Shown: positions 19,196-29,256 of the stretch, piece after piece
Numbering within the stretch: position 1 is the first letter of the stretch
Layout: each line of letters begins with the position of its first letter
Origin: an uncultured Candidatus Saccharibacteria bacterium
Lineage (GTDB): Bacteria; Patescibacteriota; WWE3; 2-01-FULL-39-13
Direction of reading: 5' to 3'
Assembly: GCA_964370865.1 (NCBI GenBank)
Contig: CAYJKF010000002.1
Location: 20,719-84,718 of the forward strand
Length of the DNA: 64,000 nucleotides
Program-made: the position numbers and the translations under genes
Notes under the pieces: generated by a model
What the model was told of the DNA's origin: nothing
The model's database searches: none
The model's input: the letters and a program-made list of their open reading frames with translations, nothing else

Positions 19196-20752
19196 ATGAA
19201 TATCAGCATTCTTAAAAATACAAAATTAATACTTTTTGTTCTGGTAGTAGTTGGCTTAGTAATGAGGCTAATCCCAATTCGATACGGTTTGCCATTACAA
19301 CTGAACATAGATGAACCATCACTGGTTAGTGCAGTGTTCTCGTTAAAATCAGGTTTAAATCCCGAAAGATTTGACTGGCCACATTTGTATTTCTATATAA
19401 ATTTTTTGTTTTACGGATTATTTTATTGGATTTTTAAGATAATTGGATTAGCCACAGAAAATGATTCATTCTACTTCATGATTTCAAGAGGTCTTTCAGC
19501 AGTGTTTGGTGTCGCAACAATTCCGGTAGTTTACCTGATTACTAAAGAAATATTTGGAGGAAATAGAAGGTCAATTTTGGCAGCAATGATATTAACAATA
19601 CTCCCAGTTCATGTGTACGAATCTTTTTTCGCGAAACTTGACGTTGCTCACACTTTTTTTATTAGTCTTGCGGTCTTATTCATGGCTAAGTTAATGAATA
19701 AGGCATCTATTAAGAACTATATTTTAGCTGGATTATTTATTGGATTATCAGTATCTGTTAAATATAATTCCTTCTTACTAGCAATTCCCTTTTTAATAGC
19801 TCATTACTATGCGTTTCCAAGTTGGAGGTATTTAATTAAACCTCGTAACATATTAAAGCCAGTTGTTGCGGCTCTAGTTTCAATTGTTGCCTTTTTTGTT
19901 GGAACACCTTTTGCAATTTTAGATTTCAAAACTTTTTGGTCGTACGAACCCCGAGTTGGTGCATTATGGCAGTTCACAAATGTTGGAAATATCGAATGGT
20001 CTGAATATGCAGAAAGCGCTTATGAAACCTTTATTACAATGTATAGAGGTGATTTAGGAATTGTACTCTGGGTTGTATTTATGCTGATGTTAATTAGTTA
20101 TCTTTTCTTTAGACGACGAGATAAACGGTTAAATTTTCTGCTATTACCTGTAGTTATTATTAGCTTTTATATTAGCAAATTAGAAAGATCGCCAGCACAT
20201 TATTTTGTTTTCTTGTCCGTTTTATATATCCCGGCATTATCAGATTTTATAATCTCCACTATTGATAAACTTCGTAAATTGAAGTTTACCGAGAATACTT
20301 TGCGTATAATGTCATTTTCTATACTGGGATTTATTTTGATACCTAGTATTTACACCTCACTTAAATACGTGTACCTATATTCCAAAATTGATACCAGACT
20401 AGAAGCCTATAATTGGGTTCAAGAGAATATTATCCCAACTGGTCGTTTTATTTATGTCGCTGGAAACGAGTTAAGTTCAGTCATATTTGAAGAAAAAGAA
20501 TCTTTGCGGGTAAAAAGAGTTGATATTGATGTAATTGATAAAGAACTACCTGTATATTTAATCCTAGGCTACGATTTTTTAACCTTAGACGCATTAAAAG
20601 CCAGTAATTGGGATATAGAAGATGTTGGTGGAAGTTCAGAAGATTTATTACCACAATCTGAGATTGTAAAATATATCGATAATAAAAATCGTCCGGGTCC
20701 TCCAATTATTATTTTCAAAATATCTGATTTGACGAACCCAAATGCCCAATAA
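19196..20752 (+). CDS. Polytopic GT-C membrane glycosyltransferase (PMT_2/ArnT-like). Paralog of 29246-30709.
   Basis: First-loop NIDEPSLV ... ERFDWPHLYFY shared with the paralog (VDEPTLV ... ERFDWPHFNYY). Confidence 0.6.
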   Translation: MNISILKNTKLILFVLVVVGLVMRLIPIRYGLPLQLNIDEPSLVSAVFSLKSGLNPERFDWPHLYFYINFLFYGLFYWIFKIIGLATENDSFYFMISRGLSAVFGVATIPVVYLITKEIFGGNRRSILAAMILTILPVHVYESFFAKLDVAHTFFISLAVLFMAKLMNKASIKNYILAGLFIGLSVSVKYNSFLLAIPFLIAHYYAFPSWRYLIKPRNILKPVVAALVSIVAFFVGTPFAILDFKTFWSYEPRVGALWQFTNVGNIEWSEYAESAYETFITMYRGDLGIVLWVVFMLMLISYLFFRRRDKRLNFLLLPVVIISFYISKLERSPAHYFVFLSVLYIPALSDFIISTIDKLRKLKFTENTLRIMSFSILGFILIPSIYTSLKYVYLYSKIDTRLEAYNWVQENIIPTGRFIYVAGNELSSVIFEEKESLRVKRVDIDVIDKELPVYLILGYDFLTLDALKASNWDIEDVGGSSEDLLPQSEIVKYIDNKNRPGPPIIIFKISDLTNPNAQ

Positions 20753-22793
20753 AATTCTAGATTTATATCATCATCTAAATAAGTTACTTGCCAAATTTGA
20801 ATACTTTATATTGATAGTTTTAATGGTGGGGTTAGTTACACTATCTTTTTCGCTTGCATATAAACGATATTACAATTTTGAATATGGGAAATTTGATTTA
20901 GGAAATATGTCTCAGGTTGTATGGAATATTTCCCGAGGTGATTTTTATCAAATAACTGATCAGTTTGGAAGTAATATGTCTCGAATTGGGATGAGTCATT
21001 TTGATCCGATTCTGCTCATTTTTACGCCATTTTATTGGATTTTCGCACATCCATTAGTGCTAGTATTTTTTCAACACTTATTAATTGCCTCGGCTGTAAT
21101 TCCATTATATTTACTTACTAAAAAACTTTTACAATCTGAATTATTGAGCATTACAGTCTGTTTGACATACTTATTGTTCCCCGCTCTGGGGTTTACGTTA
21201 GTTTGGACAGAGTTTCACGGAATATCTTTTGTAGCGCCACTTTTTTTATGGCTAGTATGGTTTTTGGAAAAGTATAACTTCAAATTCGTGCTAAATAAAA
21301 AAAATATAGCCATCTATTTTGTTCTGCTAATTCTATTATTGTCTGGCAAAGAAGAAATTAGTGCGATCATTGGAGTCTACTCGATAATCATTATGAGTCG
21401 AAATTTTAAACTAGGATTAATTACGATGCTAATTAGCTTTAGCTGGTTCATTACAGTATTTTTCTTTATTATACCGGCTTATTCTCATGTTAGACGGGAC
21501 AGTATCGACAAATACCTAAATTATATCGGTGAAAACAACCCAGTTCCCGAAGACGCTCAGGGGGATAATTTCTTTTATCAACGGTATTCCTATTTGGGTG
21601 AGGATTATCCTGAGATGTTAAAAAATTTAGTTACAAGGCCTAATTTGGTTAAGAGCGTAGTCTTAACTGATGAAAAAACAGAAACATTCTTCTACTTATT
21701 CGGACCATTAGCATTTGTTCCACTACTTAACTTTAATACTTATGTATCGATGCCTGATTTTATGATTACGGTTTTAAGCGAAGAGGAAATCTTTAGTATT
21801 TCCAATCACCGTATAACTTTCATTATCTTCACAACTTTTTTGGGTTATATCTATTTCTTAGCGTTTGTTGCAAAGAAACTTCCGAAAGTGAGATATTTTG
21901 TGCATTTATTAGTTATAGTAAATTTCTTTTTGTGCATTTATTTTTCATTAATCACGAGAAATCCGCTAACATTTCCAATTTTCTCGAAATTGCCAATTGG
22001 ACAATATATTAGTGATGTATATGCGCAGAACAATACAACGACACCACTTGCAGGTGATATAGTTAGGAACAAAACAGTAGACAATACATTTGAGTGTAAG
22101 CAGTTAGTCACTAATCTGGTAAATAGTTCAAAGTTAGAAGTCTATACTGGTCCAGATTATCTTGGTGCTCACACCTCATTACGAAAATATAACGCAGTTT
22201 TTCCTTCGGCTGGTTGGAATGCTGATTTAATAGTTGCTGATTATTATGAAGATAAGACTTATGATCCGCTAGATAATGTTGATTCATGGACGATAAATAA
22301 GAAGGTATTGCTCAAGATATTGGTTGAGCGAGATATGAAACATGTATTAAGCTGTGATCGAATGATGGTGTTTAGTGGTAATGGAAACACCGATACGGTT
22401 GAGTATTTTGAAAGTGGTTCACCGGATGATGTTTACCAACTTCAAATGAAAGATAAAAAGATAGGAATAGCAATAAAAATTCTTGAAAGCCCAAATTCAA
22501 GTAATAACTTCAATGTTACTTATGCATTACAGCGTATGCCTGGAGCCGATGTACGTGATAAAGTAACATTTTGGAACTTTATAGATGAAAATGGTAAGAC
22601 ATTAGAGTTTATTGATTATGTACCAGTTTCTTTAACAGATAAATTACCAGAATCTAAAGACGATGCGTATCTTCTAATTAAACGTGATTTCGAATTCGTT
22701 AGGGATCAATTATCGGACAACGTACAAGTCTATTATGGAATGTCTAACCAAATAGATGGTGCGGCAATTTATCTTGGTGAATGGACGCTATAA
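20742..22793 (+). CDS. Large polytopic membrane protein (DUF2079-like) with a ~250 aa C-terminal extracytoplasmic domain
   Basis: N-terminal YNFEYGKFDLGNMSQVVWN motif resembling the DUF2079 FDLG..Q..W signature. 683 aa. Confidence 0.45.
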   Translation: MPNKILDLYHHLNKLLAKFEYFILIVLMVGLVTLSFSLAYKRYYNFEYGKFDLGNMSQVVWNISRGDFYQITDQFGSNMSRIGMSHFDPILLIFTPFYWIFAHPLVLVFFQHLLIASAVIPLYLLTKKLLQSELLSITVCLTYLLFPALGFTLVWTEFHGISFVAPLFLWLVWFLEKYNFKFVLNKKNIAIYFVLLILLLSGKEEISAIIGVYSIIIMSRNFKLGLITMLISFSWFITVFFFIIPAYSHVRRDSIDKYLNYIGENNPVPEDAQGDNFFYQRYSYLGEDYPEMLKNLVTRPNLVKSVVLTDEKTETFFYLFGPLAFVPLLNFNTYVSMPDFMITVLSEEEIFSISNHRITFIIFTTFLGYIYFLAFVAKKLPKVRYFVHLLVIVNFFLCIYFSLITRNPLTFPIFSKLPIGQYISDVYAQNNTTTPLAGDIVRNKTVDNTFECKQLVTNLVNSSKLEVYTGPDYLGAHTSLRKYNAVFPSAGWNADLIVADYYEDKTYDPLDNVDSWTINKKVLLKILVERDMKHVLSCDRMMVFSGNGNTDTVEYFESGSPDDVYQLQMKDKKIGIAIKILESPNSSNNFNVTYALQRMPGADVRDKVTFWNFIDENGKTLEFIDYVPVSLTDKLPESKDDAYLLIKRDFEFVRDQLSDNVQVYYGMSNQIDGAAIYLGEWTL

Positions 22794-22816
22794 AATGTTA
22801 AAATATTCGTATTAAA

Positions 22817-24409
22817 ATGAGTTTTCTAATCCGCATAAAAAACCTTAATTCCGCTTATTTCGTCTTTTTTTTAGCTTTTCTATATAGACTTCCAAACTTA
22901 GCCAGCTTTATAAACGATGATGATTCGTTATGGAAATATCGGGGGTACGTTTTTGGTGAGGCTATGTTTAGTCTCGATTTTGGTAGAACAGCAGTTACTT
23001 ATCATCCAGGAGTTCCATTAATGTGGAGTCAGATGTTTGCAATTAAGACATTTGGAGTACTAGATGATTTAATTTTCAAAGGCCAATTAATCGGAAGTAG
23101 ATTATTTTTTTATAACCACTTAATTCAAAATCTTTATCTTCTAATTTTTACGTCATTCCTAATTACTTTCGTTTTTATTCTAATCCGAAGAGTCATAGGG
23201 GAGAAAAGTGCTATCTTATTCATGCTTATACTTCTATTGGAACCATTTTTTATTGCTCTTGGAAGATCACTCCACAATGATTTATTGGTGTCCCTTTTCG
23301 TCTATCTTGGTTTTCTTGGATTATACAATTATTATACTGGCGACTATAAATATGAAGGATTTCTAAAAACTGGTAAAAGCAAAATAATTATTCTTACTGG
23401 TTTGTTTTCAGCTCTGGCATTACTGACCAAGAGCGCATCGCTTTTCTTATTACCTTTGTTATTGTCATTACTAATTCTATTCGTATTGATAAAAAAGGAA
23501 AATATCGCTAAATATTTATCTGGGTTAGTGTGGGTAATTATTTATGCAGTTTTATTTTTCATTTTAGTTTGGCCTGCGATGTGGGTAAGTCCAAGTCATA
23601 CATTGTGGCTCTATTTCTATAAAGGGATCTTCGACACTGCGATTGAGGAAGGTCATCGACACCTATGGTTTGGGGTTGAAACAATGAATCCGGGATTTTG
23701 GTTTTACCCGGTAACTCTAGTTGGCAGATATACGATATTATCAGTGGTTGGAACAATTGCAGGCATTATCCTGGTTACATATCGTGTTATTAAGTCAAAA
23801 CTAAAATTTAGTTCCCTTGATAGTAATACACGGTTTGCTTTAATTAACGTCATCTTTTTCGTGGGGTTTTTCGCAATGTTATCTTTAACTGCAAAGAAAC
23901 TTGATCGATACACAATTCCGATGTTTTTCCCAATGGCGTTATTAACCGTGTATACATTAGATAATCTTCAAAGGAGATTTGGAAAGATAATCTTGATATT
24001 CGTTACTATCATTTTATTATTTAGACTAATTTTGTTGGCATGGATTCATCCCAATTATTTCGTATATTATTCTCCACTTATAGGTGGAATGGATAAGGGA
24101 CGACAAATTATTGAACCTAAGTGGGTAATTGGGTTTAATGACGTCGCGGAATATCTGAATGAAATAAATCGCAATAGTGAAACAAGGATACATGTAGTAA
24201 GCCCTGATTCGCATATACTAAGTTACTTTGCCGACTTTGATACGATTTATCCAGATAATCCAGAGTCTCGTAAAGGGCAATATTTTGTGGTTCCTACCTG
24301 GAAAGCAGAAGGTCAAAGAATGATTTCATTGTTCAGTCTGACAGATGATATGCTAATTAAGACAATTAAGATTGCCGGAGTTGAATATTACGATATCTAT
24401 AAAAAATGA
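22817..24409 (+). CDS. Polytopic GT-C-like membrane protein. Member of a 4-copy 'YHPG' paralog family.
   Basis: Acidic first loop NDDDSLW, TYHPGVPLMW motif, conserved C-terminal soluble domain. Confidence 0.55.
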   Translation: MSFLIRIKNLNSAYFVFFLAFLYRLPNLASFINDDDSLWKYRGYVFGEAMFSLDFGRTAVTYHPGVPLMWSQMFAIKTFGVLDDLIFKGQLIGSRLFFYNHLIQNLYLLIFTSFLITFVFILIRRVIGEKSAILFMLILLLEPFFIALGRSLHNDLLVSLFVYLGFLGLYNYYTGDYKYEGFLKTGKSKIIILTGLFSALALLTKSASLFLLPLLLSLLILFVLIKKENIAKYLSGLVWVIIYAVLFFILVWPAMWVSPSHTLWLYFYKGIFDTAIEEGHRHLWFGVETMNPGFWFYPVTLVGRYTILSVVGTIAGIILVTYRVIKSKLKFSSLDSNTRFALINVIFFVGFFAMLSLTAKKLDRYTIPMFFPMALLTVYTLDNLQRRFGKIILIFVTIILLFRLILLAWIHPNYFVYYSPLIGGMDKGRQIIEPKWVIGFNDVAEYLNEINRNSETRIHVVSPDSHILSYFADFDTIYPDNPESRKGQYFVVPTWKAEGQRMISLFSLTDDMLIKTIKIAGVEYYDIYKK

Positions 24410-26121
24410 TTAAATTTAAATACCCTATAATTTTTACGATTTTTGTGTTTGCAATAATACTGTTTTCTGTAGTTATAAGAGTGCAAGATTTGGGGTACTC
24501 TAATTTTCAAGGGGATGAGGTTAATACAGTAGATTTCTTATATGAAATGAAGGACGGCAAGGTCATAGATTATTTATTTTCGCAAAAGAGAGGGCCAGTT
24601 CAATACATAATAAACTTAATTAACGTTGGCATTTTCGGTTATCATAATGAATTCTGGATTAGATTTCCTTATGCTTTATTCGGAATACTCGCAATTTACA
24701 CTTTTTATAGATTATCAAAAGAAATTTTTGGTAAAAATTCAGCCTTACTATCAGCATTATTTATATCGATTAATGGTCTATTTATAGCTTTTTCTCGAAT
24801 AACGCAATATCAGTCTGTAATGTATTCGTTAATTCCTATTGGGGTTTTGCTTTTTATCCTTGCACTAAAGAAGATGTCAGTAAAACATATGGCTCTCACG
24901 GGTTTACTAATGTCTGTAATGCTAATTACTCATTATGATACGCTTTCGGTTTTGCCATTCTTTTTGGTTTCATTTGTAGGGAAATTTTACAGAGATGGAA
25001 ACTATTCGAAGGAAAGTATTCTTAGATACATGAAATTGTTGCTCGTGTTTTTCTTATTTTTTATAATTCCGCCACTTTTCTTTTATGTACCATTTTCAAT
25101 GCACCAAGAATTTGGAAGTCGAACATCTGGCTATCTCGAAGATAGGCTTTTTGGTGGTGGATTTATGCCAAGAACCTGGCTAACTATTTACTTGTTATCA
25201 ATGTATAAGCCAATGTGGTTTATTGGAGTGATTTACCTATTAGCAATTAGCTCAGCTCTTTTCCATTTAAAATCTGCCAAGAACTTTATTGTAAAACAGA
25301 TAGATGATAGGTTAGTTCAAATAGGATTACTTTCTCTAGTTATCCTGAATATAGTAGGGACAATGATGAGCCTTACATATTTTAAACCAAGACTGTCAAC
25401 GCTGATGGTTGTAAGTACTTCAATGGCTATAAGTGCTCTACTGACTTTTAGTAAGAATATCAGTGTAAAATATGCGTCGTTAATGTGTTGGTTCCTTGGA
25501 GCCTATTCGGCTTACTTATTTTTGTTTAAGGATCCAAGAACTCATGTTTATGTCGTATTTATGCCAGCGATATTATTAGCAGGGTATACCGCATATAAAT
25601 TATATTCTAGTGTAAATAAAACGGGGTTAAAATATATTGTACTAGGGTCACTGGCTTTAATGGTTTTATATATTACAGGACTAAATTATTCGATTTTTGT
25701 AAACAAAAATCCCGAATATCCTTGGTTCGATAGGTATTATTTAGGTAAGTTAGTTTTTGATATGCCAAGAGTTAGATATAAAAAGATTGACGGAGTTTTT
25801 GGTTTCAATAACTGGCGAGGATGGGAAAAAGTCGCTGAATATGTAGATAATGGTTGTTTAATAGGAAATATAGATTCAAATGAGAAAGATTCTGTTACAT
25901 ATTTTTATCTACGCAAACACCAATTAAGACAGGACTTTTTATCCTATGTTCCGGGACTTGCTGATAATTATATTTACGTTGAAGGCCCGCATAGTTGGGA
26001 ATATGAAAGTCGAGCATTACCAAATACTTATGACTTAGTTGCTACGATTTCATCATCTGACACTAGTGTAACTTATATCTATTCAAAGAATTACAAACCG
26101 GAGTGCTTTCAGACTAATTAA
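24406..26121 (+). CDS. Polytopic GT-C-type membrane glycosyltransferase. Paralog of 17460-19190.
   Basis: FQGDEVNTVDFLY first-loop motif. Collinear similarity to 17460-19190 throughout, including the C-terminal Cys. Confidence 0.6.
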   Translation: MIKFKYPIIFTIFVFAIILFSVVIRVQDLGYSNFQGDEVNTVDFLYEMKDGKVIDYLFSQKRGPVQYIINLINVGIFGYHNEFWIRFPYALFGILAIYTFYRLSKEIFGKNSALLSALFISINGLFIAFSRITQYQSVMYSLIPIGVLLFILALKKMSVKHMALTGLLMSVMLITHYDTLSVLPFFLVSFVGKFYRDGNYSKESILRYMKLLLVFFLFFIIPPLFFYVPFSMHQEFGSRTSGYLEDRLFGGGFMPRTWLTIYLLSMYKPMWFIGVIYLLAISSALFHLKSAKNFIVKQIDDRLVQIGLLSLVILNIVGTMMSLTYFKPRLSTLMVVSTSMAISALLTFSKNISVKYASLMCWFLGAYSAYLFLFKDPRTHVYVVFMPAILLAGYTAYKLYSSVNKTGLKYIVLGSLALMVLYITGLNYSIFVNKNPEYPWFDRYYLGKLVFDMPRVRYKKIDGVFGFNNWRGWEKVAEYVDNGCLIGNIDSNEKDSVTYFYLRKHQLRQDFLSYVPGLADNYIYVEGPHSWEYESRALPNTYDLVATISSSDTSVTYIYSKNYKPECFQTN

Positions 26122-27764
26122 TAGTCAGGGAAGGTAGGGATTAATTTTGTAAGATCGTCTTTTAGAATATTTTCACATTTAAATACAAAGACATTTGGAA
26201 AAGCCATTGGTCCTCTTGTACCAAAGGTTTTAAATAATGGGCAAATATCTTGTGGTACATACTTTTGATTATCATTTCTAGTTACAATGTAATGAATTTT
26301 AATGCCCTTATTATCTGGGACTGCTCCTAGTTCAGCATAAGTAGTCCCATAAAAGAAAGGTGCAAAGGATTTTGTTAACGATTCGTTGCCTATTATAACT
26401 TGCTTTTCTTCGGGTTTACCTTCGCCATTAAAATTTAGATATTGAGCCGCTTGGGCATACCACTCTCCACGATTAACTGGACGCAAACCTTTAGAATGGT
26501 AACCGCCTGGGCCACCAATCAATTCACTATGAAAGAATGAATAAGCTGGATAGTATACATATGCCGTATATGCCATATATATGAAATATACGGTAACTAA
26601 TGAATATACTAAAATTTTCTTGTTGTGAAGTTTTTTAAATATTTCATATATAGAATATGCAGAAAAGAGTAGCATCATCGGCATAAATTCTACTAAATAT
26701 CGATCTTTCAACTTTGAGGGAATTGACATTGATAAGTAGTAGATGACTAGTGAAATTAAAATACCTGTCAGCAGTAAATTTTTCGATTCACGTTTGATCC
26801 TATAAAAATATAAAATTAAACCACAAATGAACGTAATAAAAATGATAGGGGTAAGTCTAATAAATGAAGTCTCCAGATAGTATAAATAAGAATTATTTAA
26901 GAAGGTATCTGGCATACCGCCTCCAAATCCGGTACCCACAATTCCTTCCTTATATATTTTTTTAATTCCCCAAATGGGTGCGACCCACATGTATGGGCTG
27001 ATGGCAAAAAAAGTCGCCACAGCAATTACAAAGTTTATCAAAGTTAATTTTGTGGCTTCTACAAAACTCTTTAAATATCCTTTATCTTTTGAAACATACA
27101 TTAAATAATATAAAGCAGTAATGCCGATTGCTGGATGAAATACCAATAGCGAAATTTTTGTTGCAATTGCCAAACCCTGAAGTATTCCGCTGAAGATTAG
27201 ATATTTTTTTCCTTTAAATTTTAAATAATATAAGAAGGTCAAAAATCCGGTGAAGCCAAACATGCTAGATAAAGCTGTTAAATGTATATATTTACTAATT
27301 CCAAGAAAGAATGGCTCAATACTTAAAATAATCGAAAAGATTAAGGCTAATTTCGCATTTGATAGTTTTCGTATTAGAAGGTAATTGATAGCTCCTAAAA
27401 CTGATATTAGAAAAACGAGTGGAAAAGTCGTTACGAATTGAATTTTAATAAAATGGTGTGGAATATAAGTTGGTTTATAACCATATTTGTATTCGTAAGC
27501 CATTTCAAACGAGTATTTTGCGAAACCGCTAACCCACAGCATTGTTGTCCCAGGGTGATACTGTTGGTAGGTTCCTTTTAAATCCCCTTCTATTAATTCT
27601 CTCGGAAATTTCTCTAAGCGTGGATACCAATATAAAGTGTCGATATTAGCCATATCCGAGCCAAGTGCAATTATTCGAGGAATAAAAAATACCATAAAAA
27701 TGGCGATAAAGGTTAGGAATTTAATTCGTTTAGAAAGTAGCTCGCGGATCTTTGTTAATAACAC
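26118..27764 (-). CDS. Polytopic GT-C-like membrane protein ('YHPG' family paralog)
   Basis: LGSDMANIDTLYWYPR ... QYHPGTTMLWVSG, closest to 59966-61573. Stop codon overlaps that of the convergent gene. Confidence 0.55.
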   Translation of the reverse strand: MLLTKIRELLSKRIKFLTFIAIFMVFFIPRIIALGSDMANIDTLYWYPRLEKFPRELIEGDLKGTYQQYHPGTTMLWVSGFAKYSFEMAYEYKYGYKPTYIPHHFIKIQFVTTFPLVFLISVLGAINYLLIRKLSNAKLALIFSIILSIEPFFLGISKYIHLTALSSMFGFTGFLTFLYYLKFKGKKYLIFSGILQGLAIATKISLLVFHPAIGITALYYLMYVSKDKGYLKSFVEATKLTLINFVIAVATFFAISPYMWVAPIWGIKKIYKEGIVGTGFGGGMPDTFLNNSYLYYLETSFIRLTPIIFITFICGLILYFYRIKRESKNLLLTGILISLVIYYLSMSIPSKLKDRYLVEFMPMMLLFSAYSIYEIFKKLHNKKILVYSLVTVYFIYMAYTAYVYYPAYSFFHSELIGGPGGYHSKGLRPVNRGEWYAQAAQYLNFNGEGKPEEKQVIIGNESLTKSFAPFFYGTTYAELGAVPDNKGIKIHYIVTRNDNQKYVPQDICPLFKTFGTRGPMAFPNVFVFKCENILKDDLTKLIPTFPDY

Positions 27765-27816
27765 TTACTTATTATAATACAAAGATTTTTTACAGATATA
27801 CAGTTATAATTTACAC
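27765..27816. promoter_or_regulatory. Divergent promoter region between 26118-27764 (-) and 27817-29256 (+), with TATAAT at 27805-27810
   Basis: Only a 52-bp intergenic gap. Consensus -10 hexamer 6 nt upstream of the ATG at 27817. A second TATAAT lies at 27773-27778. Confidence 0.3.
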
Positions 27817-29256
27817 ATGCGACTTAGCTGGACATTAATATCAATTATCTCTCGAGTTGGAAGTCTAATTATTGGTATTGTGCTATCAGCATACGTAATC
27901 TCTTTTTTATCTGTTTATGAACAGGGAGTACGAGGAATTGTCGTAGGAATTGTGGCAATGCTCGGGGTTATGCAGAATCTAGGCTTATCTTCGGGTTCTA
28001 CTAAGGAAATCGCCTCAGCGACTACTCTTAAAGATGCTGGGAAGGTATTTCTGGGAGCGCTTGGAATTAGATATTTATTGTCTATTCCGGTAGCTTTAAT
28101 TTTAATTCTGGGTTCAGGTCGATTTGCTGACTTTTACAATGTTGATGAAATTATAAAGCCCTTACAAATTTTTGGAATTGTGCTTTTAGTTCAAGCCATG
28201 CAAGCTACACTAAAATCCTTAATGCAAGGATTACACAAATTTTCATTTCTTTTTACGCATCAGGTTTTTTTAGAAGCACTACCAAGTTTGATGCTTCATA
28301 TCTATTTTTTAAACGCCTATGGTTTTATTGGATTTTTCTATGCTCAGCTTGCTTCCGTATTATTTTCAACTATTACGTTAGGAATTTATTCGGCATCGGT
28401 GATGAGGGGCGAGTTCGAAGTTCCTACTATGGATGAGTTCAAGAAAATTTTTAGATCAATTTTTAAAATTGCAATCATTGTCTATGTAATAAAAATCATA
28501 ATAACTCAGTGGGAACAATTTGGATCACTAGTAATTGGTAAAATCGGCTCACCAGAAGACGTAGCTGTATTCACAGTTGCTTTATTCATCGCACTTAAAG
28601 TAGTCACCATCTCGGATGCGGTAACAGATGTGTCACTTCCTCGGATGTCGAGTGTATATCAAAAAAGTCGTGATAAATTTTCGTTGATTTTTATGGCAGG
28701 AAATTCCAAAGCCTTTGTACTAATTTTATTTGGAGCTGTTTCACTTATTCTTCTAAAGAGAGAGTTAATCATAATAATAGATTTTGTTCTTGCATTTATG
28801 GATAAAGAGCCGCTGATTGAAAGATATCAATCTTCCTTTAGATTAGTGGATATATTAATAATTGCATTCTGGTTTTATTCCCACTTAAATTTGTTTAAAT
28901 CTGGGTTTTCAATTCCAATAGGTAAACCTATACAAGCACTAGTAGTTTTTCTAGAGTTAATGGCTGTTTCACTAGTTAGTTTATTATTGTTCAGGAATTT
29001 TATGGATCTGAACTTAGCAATAGCTATAAGTATGGCCTGTGGAGGCTTAGTAGCTTATTTGCACTATTTAGGGATAATCAAGAAGGAATTAGGGGTTATC
29101 GCGGTTCAACAAGCTGATTTAAATTATCTGATAATTTCTGTCGTTTTAGTTATGTTAAGCTATTCATTTCCATTTTTTAACATATTTATATTTGCAGTTT
29201 TCTCACTTATTTCTCTATACTTTATGAAAATAGCATTTAATCGAAATGAAAATTAG
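27817..29256 (+). CDS. MOP-superfamily polysaccharide/oligosaccharide flippase (Wzx-like)
   Basis: 479 aa, ~12-14 TMs, no soluble domains, first gene of a GT operon. Confidence 0.55.
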   Translation: MRLSWTLISIISRVGSLIIGIVLSAYVISFLSVYEQGVRGIVVGIVAMLGVMQNLGLSSGSTKEIASATTLKDAGKVFLGALGIRYLLSIPVALILILGSGRFADFYNVDEIIKPLQIFGIVLLVQAMQATLKSLMQGLHKFSFLFTHQVFLEALPSLMLHIYFLNAYGFIGFFYAQLASVLFSTITLGIYSASVMRGEFEVPTMDEFKKIFRSIFKIAIIVYVIKIIITQWEQFGSLVIGKIGSPEDVAVFTVALFIALKVVTISDAVTDVSLPRMSSVYQKSRDKFSLIFMAGNSKAFVLILFGAVSLILLKRELIIIIDFVLAFMDKEPLIERYQSSFRLVDILIIAFWFYSHLNLFKSGFSIPIGKPIQALVVFLELMAVSLVSLLLFRNFMDLNLAIAISMACGGLVAYLHYLGIIKKELGVIAVQQADLNYLIISVVLVMLSYSFPFFNIFIFAVFSLISLYFMKIAFNRNEN

